Positions 18,241 to 25,234 of a DNA stretch of 25,234 nt are shown here, in pieces (the stretch's first letter is position 1; every line of letters starts with the position of its first letter). Location: the NCBI GenBank assembly GCA_050253335.1, contig JBFWJG010000039.1, positions 1-25,234 on the forward strand, given 5' to 3'. This DNA is from Deferribacterales bacterium (lineage in GTDB: Bacteria > Chrysiogenota > Deferribacteres > Deferribacterales > Geovibrionaceae). The translations under genes and the position numbers were made by a program. The notes beneath the pieces are model-generated. The model made no database searches, was not told where the DNA came from, and saw only the letters and a list, made by a program, of their open reading frames with translations.

Positions 18241-18717
18241 ATGATTTCAAATAATATGACAAACGACAAAAAAACAGAAATTATCCTTGATTTTGTGGTC
18301 GAAGCGGCAAGAGCATTCGGAATAATTCAGGAAGCGGGAAAAAAGATCGGCGCTGTCAGTGAAACCGGAAAAAGAATCTGGGCTCTTCTGAGGATCCTCA
18401 AGCTTTACGGCCCGCAGACCGTTCCGCAGATAGCCAAAATGCGCTCAGTTTCCAGGCAGTATATACAGAGACTCGCCAACGATATAGTGGACGAAGGATA
18501 CGCGGAATACAGCAGAAACCCGGGGCACAAACGCTCGCAGTTTCTTAAAATAACCGCTAAAGGCGAGGCGCTCTACAGTGAAGTTTATGAAGCGATGAGG
18601 GAAAATGTGGAAGCTGTGGCTCCCAAGTTCAGTGAGGATGACCTGAGCGCGGCGGACAGGGTTCTTAAATCGCTCATTTATGAGCTTGAGCACTATCTGG
18701 GAAAATCAAAGAAATAG
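18241..18717 (+). CDS. MarR-family transcriptional regulator
   Basis: wHTH 'GPQTVPQIAKMRSVSRQYIQRLAN...NPGHKRSQFLKITAKG'. GGAGG RBS. Confidence 0.88.
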   Translation: MISNNMTNDKKTEIILDFVVEAARAFGIIQEAGKKIGAVSETGKRIWALLRILKLYGPQTVPQIAKMRSVSRQYIQRLANDIVDEGYAEYSRNPGHKRSQFLKITAKGEALYSEVYEAMRENVEAVAPKFSEDDLSAADRVLKSLIYELEHYLGKSKK

Positions 18718-20687
18718 GCAAAGCCGTTTTTTCCGCCGTGTTTGACTTCATACATGGCGGAATCCGCCTTGCTCACAATTTCGTCAATATTCACTCCGTC
18801 GTCGGGAATCACGCTTATTCCCACACTGGCTCCAAGAATTGTTTTATCCCCGCAGGCGGCATAAGGGCGGGCTATCATGTCTATTATCCTTCTGGCAATT
18901 GCTCCCGCCTTTTCTCTGGTCTCTATTTTGTTTAAAATAACAAGAAACTCGTCCCCGCCGATACGGCAGGCGGTGTCCACGGTTCTTATGCTGGTGAGGA
19001 TGCGCCTTGCAGTTTCCTTCAGAACATCATCCCCAGCCTTATGGCCGAAGCTGTCATTAACATTTTTGAATCCGTCCAGATCTATAAACAGCACAGCAGC
19101 CATTTCGCCGTATCTCTGAGCTCTTTCAAGAACAGCCTCAAGCCTGTCCTTCATTAAAAACCTGTTGGGCAGTCCGGTGAGGATATCGTGCATGGCCATG
19201 TGGCGTATCTTCTCCTCACGAAGCTTTTTGTCGGTTATATTCTCCTTCACGGCCACATAAAACAGGAGGCGGCCTTCGCTGCATTTCACAGGGGTTATGG
19301 TGGAAAGCTCCCAGAAGATATCGCCGTACTTGCCGCGGCTGCAAAGTTCCCCGCTCCATGTGCTCCCGCTGCGGATTGTTTCCCAGAGACAGTTGTAATA
19401 CTCCTGAGGATGTACTCCTGATTTGAGGATGTTGATATTTTTTCCGGCTACCTCTCCTGCGCTGTATCCGGAAATTTCACAGAACGCGGGATTGACATAT
19501 TCCACATGTCCGGTTGAATCGGTGATGATGACAGAAACCGGACTCTGCTCAACAACGAGGGAAAGCTTCATTATCTCCTCGCCGCGCTTGTTCTCCTCCG
19601 TCACATCCCTGAAAACGCTCTGCACTGCCACTCCGTCCCCGTTTTCATACGGCTGGCTGGAAATCTTTATCGTCATCTCCCTTCCGCGCCTGTTTATTAT
19701 GGCTCTCTCAAAGCCCACGGAAGGTTTGCCGGTGCTGATCATTTTCCTGACAAATTCATCGACTGATTCCCTTTCCTTTTCCGGAACATAATCCAGAATG
19801 TGCTCTCCGAAAGCATCTTCCGGCTTATCAAAACCCAGAAGCTCCGCTCCGGCGGGGTTTATGTATGTTATCCGCATTTTCTCATGCACAAGAATCCCCA
19901 TAGGGGAGAACTCGGTGAGAAGCCTGTATTTGTTTTCGCTTTTTTCTAGCAGTTTCCTCGTTTTTGTTATCTCCGTGCAGTCTTCAAGGGTGCACACAAT
20001 GCCGCTGAGCCTTCCGTCCGCATCACGGCTGAGGGAAGCGCTGACATTCACATAGCCAGTGGCGTTATTTCTGGATGTGCAGAAAAGAGCGCTGTAAAAA
20101 GCCTTTCCGCTCCTGATAAGCTCCTCAAAGGGGCATTCATAGTCATAAAGAACACAAATGTCGCCGACCAGCTTCCCTGCAAAAAAGTCTTTTATATTTC
20201 TGTTAAACCAGTCTTTACGGCCGCCCAGCACAAGCATGTTCACTGCGGCGGAATTTGCAAACTTGATATTCAGGCTACTGTCCAGAATGACTATGCCGGA
20301 CGGGAGGTGTTCTGTAACCGTTTCCAGTATATCGGGAAGATCCTCAGACCCCCCCTCACTTCCGGCGATTTCGGTTATATCTGTACCCACACAGAGGAAC
20401 TTTCCCCCGCCGTTATTCATGGGGATTCTGGTAAAACGGAAAGTACGGCTATTGTTCTCTGCGTCGGAAAGGGTTATGCTTCTTGTGGATACGTATACAG
20501 GGGAGAGTGAATCGGATATATCGGAGGAGAATCTGCTGCAGAACTCATTTCCGTATGCCGATAAAAATTTCTCAGCCTCCTTGTTGACATAAAGAAAGCA
20601 GTCTTTCTTATCGGTGACCATAACGATGCTTTCGGAATCAGTAAGGATGCCGAAATCAGCCAACCCGGAACTGAAGTGTGTTTTCAT
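18693..20687 (-). CDS. Multi-PAS diguanylate cyclase
   Basis: Several PAS/PAC repeats, 'HDILTGLPNR', 'FIDLDGFKNVNDSFGH', I-site RTVD and intact 'GGDEF'. Confidence 0.93.
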   Translation of the reverse strand: MKTHFSSGLADFGILTDSESIVMVTDKKDCFLYVNKEAEKFLSAYGNEFCSRFSSDISDSLSPVYVSTRSITLSDAENNSRTFRFTRIPMNNGGGKFLCVGTDITEIAGSEGGSEDLPDILETVTEHLPSGIVILDSSLNIKFANSAAVNMLVLGGRKDWFNRNIKDFFAGKLVGDICVLYDYECPFEELIRSGKAFYSALFCTSRNNATGYVNVSASLSRDADGRLSGIVCTLEDCTEITKTRKLLEKSENKYRLLTEFSPMGILVHEKMRITYINPAGAELLGFDKPEDAFGEHILDYVPEKERESVDEFVRKMISTGKPSVGFERAIINRRGREMTIKISSQPYENGDGVAVQSVFRDVTEENKRGEEIMKLSLVVEQSPVSVIITDSTGHVEYVNPAFCEISGYSAGEVAGKNINILKSGVHPQEYYNCLWETIRSGSTWSGELCSRGKYGDIFWELSTITPVKCSEGRLLFYVAVKENITDKKLREEKIRHMAMHDILTGLPNRFLMKDRLEAVLERAQRYGEMAAVLFIDLDGFKNVNDSFGHKAGDDVLKETARRILTSIRTVDTACRIGGDEFLVILNKIETREKAGAIARRIIDMIARPYAACGDKTILGASVGISVIPDDGVNIDEIVSKADSAMYEVKHGGKNGFAYFFDFPR

Positions 20688-20892
20688 CTCCCACCTTGGG
20701 TGTGCATTGTATATATCAATAACGCTTGCCGCCCCATAGGAATATATTTATCCAGTTTAACTATTTATGCAAGTAAATATTGAGAAAATGGAACAAAAAT
20801 ACTAATAAAGCGGTATCCGCGGCTAAAAAGCCCGTGTTGACCGATGAATATACCCAGAGCAAATATCACTATCACCACAAGGAGTTATACCT

Positions 20893-21921
20893 ATGTATAC
20901 AGGTTTTTTCAGTGACAACTGCGCAGGAGTTCAGCCGGAAATAATGGAGGCACTTACAGCAGAAAATAATGGTTTTACACGACCTTACGGCTATGATCAG
21001 ACAACAGAGGAGACAAAATCGGTTCTCAGGAAGCATCTGGGCGATGCGGAAGTTAACTTCATGCTAACAGGCACGGGCGCGAATGTTGCGCTTATCGCAG
21101 CGGCTCTGAAACCGTTTCAGGGGGTCATCTGTCCGGACACGGCTCACATAAATGTGGACGAGTGCGGCGCTCCGGAAAGGTTCACGTCATGCAAGCTCCT
21201 GAGCGTCCCTTCTGAAAACGGCAGACTGAACCCGAAAGATATCACCAGATTTGCCCACTGCACCGGGTTTGAGCACAATGTTCAGCCGGGGCTTGTTTCC
21301 ATATCGCAGGCGACAGAGGCGGGAAGCCTTTACACCGCTGACGAGATAAGGGAAATAGCCCGAATAACCCATGAAAATGGAATGTATCTGCACATGGACG
21401 GAGCACGGATAATCAATGCCGCCTGCGCCATGGGAAAAACAATAAAGGAGATTTCAGGCGATCTGGGAGTGGATCTCCTCAGTCTCGGCGGAACAAAGGC
21501 AGGGCTGATGTTCGGCGAGGCGGCTGTGTTTTTCAACAAAAAGCTTGCGGCAGACTTCAAGTACATCCGCAAACAGTCAATGCAGCTTATGTCCAAATCA
21601 CGCTTCATAGCGGCTCAGTTCAAAAGGATGTTCGAGGATGACCTCTGGCTGAGGGCGGCAGGACACGCAAACGGAATGGCTTCCTATCTGGGGCAGAGGC
21701 TTGAAGCCATAAACGGTGTAAAACTCAGCAGAAAACCGGAAGTAAACGCTGTCTTCGCGCAGATTCCCCGCAGGGCGATAGATGTGATAATCAAAGAGTT
21801 CGGCTTCTACATCTGGAATGAAGAACTGAACGAAGTGCGCCTGATGACCAGCTTCGCAACGGAAAAGAAGGATATTGACGCATTTGCGGACAGACTGGCA
21901 GAGGTGATGAAGAAAATCTGA
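20893..21921 (+). CDS. ltaE: Low-specificity L-threonine aldolase (PLP)
   Basis: 'FFSDN', 'TGTGAN', 'AHINVDECGAPE', 'LHMDGARI', PLP-lysine 'SLGGTKAG', 'KQSMQLMSKSRF'. AGGAG RBS. Confidence 0.9.
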   Translation: MYTGFFSDNCAGVQPEIMEALTAENNGFTRPYGYDQTTEETKSVLRKHLGDAEVNFMLTGTGANVALIAAALKPFQGVICPDTAHINVDECGAPERFTSCKLLSVPSENGRLNPKDITRFAHCTGFEHNVQPGLVSISQATEAGSLYTADEIREIARITHENGMYLHMDGARIINAACAMGKTIKEISGDLGVDLLSLGGTKAGLMFGEAAVFFNKKLAADFKYIRKQSMQLMSKSRFIAAQFKRMFEDDLWLRAAGHANGMASYLGQRLEAINGVKLSRKPEVNAVFAQIPRRAIDVIIKEFGFYIWNEELNEVRLMTSFATEKKDIDAFADRLAEVMKKI

Positions 21922-21971
21922 AGATACGGCATCCACGGAGGACATGAATGCCGTAAAAAATATTCAGATGA

Positions 21972-22001
21972 CCCCGAACCGCCTGCGGAAACGGCTCGGG
22001 G
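21972..22001. terminator. GC-rich hairpin between convergent genes
   Basis: CCCCGAACCG-N10-CGGCTCGGGG. There is no clear U tract, so terminator function is uncertain. Confidence 0.4.
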
Positions 22002-22053
22002 CTATGCGCTGTTTCTCCTCCCTGTTTTTATCCTGCGGGGACAAAACTCTCTT

Positions 22054-23661
22054 TTATTCCCATGAATTTTCTTCAGCCATTTCTCTTCCTGCAACAAGGC
22101 CGAATGTAAAAGCCCCGGCTGTTCCGCCTCCTGCAAGATAATACTGGGCATTGATGTGGGCAATGGATGAACCTGCGGCATAAAGACCGGGAATTACCGA
22201 ACCGTCGGTTTTAAGAACCTGAGTCTTAGCATTCACACGGAGACCACCGCATGACAGAGTAAAAACCCTCTGGCTTGTCTGTCTCATTGCGTAGAAAGGA
22301 GCTTCCATTACCTGAAGTGTAGCGGGATCCTTCTGGAATTGTTCGTCGGTTCCGTTAGTTGCGTACAGGTTGTAGCGGTTCACAGTTTCAGTAAGGATCG
22401 ACGCAGGAACACCTATTTTTCCGGCAAGCTCAACGATGGTATTGGCAGTTTCCATAGAAAAGTTGGCGTGAACTGCGGCGGGTATCTCAGCCAGTACCTT
22501 ATGATCGAAAATGAGATAGATGGAAGGATATGTTCTTGCCACAAGCCTTCCGAAAACTGAACCGCCGAGATCCTCAGGTGCAAATCTTATTCCTGTGGGA
22601 GTAACGGCTATTGATTTAACGAGGGCGGGATGATTCATATAAGTCGGGCCGTAATCCTCGGCTGCCCCCATATTTTTTATGTCTGCTCCGATTGCCTGCC
22701 CCATCTTTATGCCATCGCCTCTGTCTCTGCCGCTGCCGCCGCGGAAGCAGTTCATTGCGTGGGGTATAAACTGCTGAACCATTTCATCGTTGTTTATGAA
22801 ACCGCCGCTGCATATAAGAACGGCTTTTGAAGCTTTGTAATATTTTGTGTCGCCGTCTTTCTCAGCGGCTACACCTACTACCCTTCCGCTTCCGTTTACT
22901 ATGAGTTCGTTTGCTCTTGCGCTGTATTCAACTGAAACATTACTGAGTGCAAGAGTTGCTGTTTCAAGTGCTCTCCAGAATGTTCCTGCTCTTGAAAGAC
23001 CTGCAGATGTATCCGCAATTGCGAAATGCGCATGGGGAACAGGAGTGGTGTAGCCTGCTTTAGCCATAAGCTCGGGGCGTTTTTCATTATCATACATAAG
23101 GCTGTAATCAGCGGCGGGGCTGGCGGCATAGCCTGTGTAAAACCCTGAATAAGTCACGCCAAGCTCCACAAGAGTATCGTAAGCCGCTTTCGCATTATCA
23201 GCATATACTCTCATAAGCTCCGCGTTGCCGCCTTCGCCTACTCCGGCGAGTGCATAGTTATAAAACTCATCGGCATCTTCTGTGAAGCCGCTGTCTATCT
23301 GTATCTGCGTACCGCCGCCGAAGTGTGTTCCGCCGCCGCATATTTTTGTACTGCCTCCGCCTGCCGTTCCTGCTTCTACAAAAAGTATTTTTGCGGAGGG
23401 ATCCTGTTTCTTTATGTTGATGGCAGCCATTGCACCAGCACCGCCGAAACCGACAAGGACGAAATCAGCAGAATCGTCCCAGCTTGAAGGAAGATTACCT
23501 GAACTTCCCGCAGAACCGGAGGGCTCTACTACATTAACATCGCCTCCGCAGCCGGTGAGGATGCTCATTCCAACGGTACCCACCGCAAGGCTTCCGAATT
23601 TGAGAAACTTCCTTCTGGAAATGGCGCTGTTTATTTCTTTCTCAGTTCTTTTTTTGCTCAT
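22054..23661 (-). CDS. Tat-exported FAD-dependent oxidoreductase lipoprotein (flavocytochrome c flavin subunit / ketosteroid dehydrogenase-like superfamily)
   Basis: Twin-Arg 'SRRKFLK', lipobox 'LTGC', 'VGFGGAG', 'GGSTKICGG', 'VLICSGGF', 'GDGIKMG', 'GGLRVN...IPGLYAAG'. GGAG RBS. Confidence 0.88.
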   Translation of the reverse strand: MSKKRTEKEINSAISRRKFLKFGSLAVGTVGMSILTGCGGDVNVVEPSGSAGSSGNLPSSWDDSADFVLVGFGGAGAMAAINIKKQDPSAKILFVEAGTAGGGSTKICGGGTHFGGGTQIQIDSGFTEDADEFYNYALAGVGEGGNAELMRVYADNAKAAYDTLVELGVTYSGFYTGYAASPAADYSLMYDNEKRPELMAKAGYTTPVPHAHFAIADTSAGLSRAGTFWRALETATLALSNVSVEYSARANELIVNGSGRVVGVAAEKDGDTKYYKASKAVLICSGGFINNDEMVQQFIPHAMNCFRGGSGRDRGDGIKMGQAIGADIKNMGAAEDYGPTYMNHPALVKSIAVTPTGIRFAPEDLGGSVFGRLVARTYPSIYLIFDHKVLAEIPAAVHANFSMETANTIVELAGKIGVPASILTETVNRYNLYATNGTDEQFQKDPATLQVMEAPFYAMRQTSQRVFTLSCGGLRVNAKTQVLKTDGSVIPGLYAAGSSIAHINAQYYLAGGGTAGAFTFGLVAGREMAEENSWE

Positions 23662-23720
23662 TATATACTCCTATGAATGAATTATTATCCAGATCCGGTA
23701 TCCGGAAAGCTTTTTGATAT

Positions 23721-24293
23721 TTACGGTCTGACAGACTCTATATATTCAATGAGGTAGCCGATCTCCTCTACTGTAACAGCTATAGGAAACGGGTGGTCAT
23801 CAAGGCTTGCCGTGCCGAAATCCTCAAATATTGCATTACTTACAGTCGGTGCAGTTGTTCCGTTGTGGCATCCTGCGCAGTCACTGTTGAATACTGCCTG
23901 CCCTGCGGCAACAGGATCAGAAGGGTCAACAGGCTCTTCGGGTTCTTCGGGTTCTGCATTATTTCTGAGATACTCATCAACAAGCTCAAGCTGTTCAAGA
24001 GTAGGTTCGGGGTCAAGCTCAAACGGATGATGAAAAGCTGCCGGAGTAAAAAGATGCGGACTGAACTCGTGGCATGAGCAGTAAGCCAGAAAAATCTCCT
24101 CCCCCGTTACGGGCACTTCTCCCGGTTCTTCAGGCTCTTCGGGTTCATCGGGGGCATCAGAGCCGCCGCCTGAGTTTCCGCTCCCGTTCACATAGTCATC
24201 CAGATAAATTGTTTTGTCATCGCCGTAACAGCCAGCCAATACACTCATCAGCACTGCAAATACGGTCAAAAGTAATAAATTCTTTCCTTTCAT
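23721..24293 (-). CDS. c-type cytochrome lipoprotein with two cytochrome-like repeats
   Basis: Lipobox 'LAGC' and Pro/Glu linkers. Repeat 1 is 'GEEIFLAYCSCH...HPF'; repeat 2 is 'GQAVFNSDCAGCH...HPF'. Confidence 0.8.
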   Translation of the reverse strand: MKGKNLLLLTVFAVLMSVLAGCYGDDKTIYLDDYVNGSGNSGGGSDAPDEPEEPEEPGEVPVTGEEIFLAYCSCHEFSPHLFTPAAFHHPFELDPEPTLEQLELVDEYLRNNAEPEEPEEPVDPSDPVAAGQAVFNSDCAGCHNGTTAPTVSNAIFEDFGTASLDDHPFPIAVTVEEIGYLIEYIESVRP

Positions 24294-24580
24294 TCCATTT
24301 CCTCTTGTAGGTAAATTTTTGATTTCTCAGCCGGTTTATACGGCTCTGACTTCAGGACTCACAAACAGCCGATATAAGACACCCCCTTAGAATATTTTTC
24401 ATGAACAGCCGGATCTGTTTCTGCATCTACATGAAAACCAACCGGATAGTCCTCCGGAAAAATCACGCGAAAATGATCCGGCATATCTTCACAACGAACT
24501 GCATGAAGCTCCTTCTCCCCACAGCTGCAGGCAGAAGCAAACAATAGCAGCCCGGCTACCAACCATTTGTTGGAAAACAT
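24290..24580 (-). CDS. Small exported/lipoprotein; candidate 96-aa selenoprotein with Sec at codon 74 (73 aa, 24359-24580, if UGA is a true stop)
   Basis: GGAG RBS, signal peptide with 'FASAC', 'YIGCL-UGA-VLKSEPYKPAEKSKIYLQEEME*'. The final TGA (24292-24290) overlaps the cytochrome ATG. Confidence 0.6.
24327..24349 (-). promoter_or_regulatory. Candidate bacterial SECIS element
   Basis: Minus strand TC(AG)AGCCG-TATAAAC-CGGCTGA at +10 to +32 after the in-frame UGA, with GU at +18/+19 at the apex. Confidence 0.5.
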
Positions 24581-24741
24581 TTTTCAGCTCCCTGATATCA
24601 ATAAATACAGCGCAAACTCATATACAAACCTTTCAGCATACGGCCAAGGCTCATTGCCGGAAAAAAGAACGAAGATTTAATATTTGAGAAATAAAAACGG
24701 ACTCAAATCACCCTCGTCAGAATTTCCGTCTTTCCTAAAAT

Positions 24742-24758
24742 AACAATAAAGATGCCAA
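24742..24758 (-). promoter_or_regulatory. Candidate sigma54 (-24/-12) promoter
   Basis: Minus strand TTGGCAT-CTTTA-TTGTT: correct GG-N10 spacing, with GT rather than GC at -12. Confidence 0.55.
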
Positions 24759-24801
24759 ACAATGTCTTCTTTACCTATAAACGACTTAGAGCTTTACTTG
24801 A

Positions 24802-24849
24802 AATCTGCTCACCGCATATGGTGAGCAGATTCACCAAATATGGTGAGCA
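24802..24849. promoter_or_regulatory. Tandem palindromic binding sites (candidate enhancer/UAS)
   Basis: AATCTGCTCACC-GCATAT-GGTGAGCAGATT (24802-24831, perfect 12-bp arms) and TCACC-AAATAT-GGTGAGCA (24831-24849). The two sites are 22 bp apart. Confidence 0.75.
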
Positions 24850-24970
24850 ATATTAGGCAAAGGCATTGTTAATAAAAGAGAAATAATAAAAAACATCCCC
24901 GAATTGATTTGACATTTCTGAAAAAATAGTTAAAACATTAATTAATTTTTATTTAAAGTCGGAGAGAGAG

Positions 24971-25234
24971 ATGATCAATAAAGAGCTGTTTCTTAACGAC
25001 GCCATTCTTAATATTTTTAAGAGTACAGATGTTGAAACTCTTCTTACAAACTCACTCAAATGTTTGAAGAGGTACATCCCCATTGATATGATCGATCTTT
25101 CATATTATCTGGAGGAGGAGCACTGTATACTGCGTTTGTGCACTGTTGTAGAAAACAGAGTGTACAAAGATCTTTACCTGAAACTGCCTGACAGTATCAA
25201 ACCTGAAGATATTAAGCGAGGGTTTGCCAGTGAC
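24971..25234 (+). CDS. 5' part of a probable sigma54-dependent transcriptional activator (GAF-like N-terminus; truncated by window end)
   Basis: Open to the window end: MINKELFLNDAILNIFKSTDVETLLTNSLKCLKRYIPIDMIDL... GGAG RBS, TTGACA at 24909. It resembles N-termini of NifA/FhlA-type activators of anaerobes, but the AAA+ domain is not visible. Confidence 0.55.
   Translation, partial: MINKELFLNDAILNIFKSTDVETLLTNSLKCLKRYIPIDMIDLSYYLEEEHCILRLCTVVENRVYKDLYLKLPDSIKPEDIKRGFASD

Noticed and set aside
23930..24150. Repeated GGTTCTTC/GGCTCTTCGGGTTC units as a DNA repeat array or CRISPR
   Set aside because: They encode the PEEPEEP linkers of the cytochrome; there is no repeat-spacer periodicity.
24802..24849. 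Palindromes as a terminator or mini-CRISPR
   Set aside because: No U tract and only two units without spacers; position between divergent promoters fits protein-binding sites.

Overview
Bacterial chromosomal window. Gene content and style suggest an anaerobic respirer such as a Deferribacterota member; this is inference only. Most of it is housekeeping, transport and signalling genes: GATase 3' end, macrodomain, cyclase, MscS, CorA, MFS, B12/radical SAM, HD and HD-GYP proteins, a beta-hydroxyacid dehydrogenase, RtcB, two chemoreceptors, HflX, MarR, a PAS-GGDEF cyclase and threonine aldolase. Three things stand out. (1) A probable sigma54-controlled operon of exported redox proteins at 22054-24580 (-). 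Its first gene looks like an unannotated selenoprotein: a Cys-Leu-UGA motif, a SECIS-like hairpin, and a read-through frame ending in an ATGA overlap with the next gene. It is followed by a di-heme cytochrome lipoprotein with an atypical CxCH site and a Tat-exported flavo-lipoprotein. (2) An AT-rich DUF3800 gene faced by a near-consensus convergent promoter that would transcribe a ~85-nt multi-stem RNA overlapping the gene's stop codon. (3) hflX appears to start at a non-canonical AUA codon behind a terminator-like leader hairpin. All calls were made by eye without database searches.
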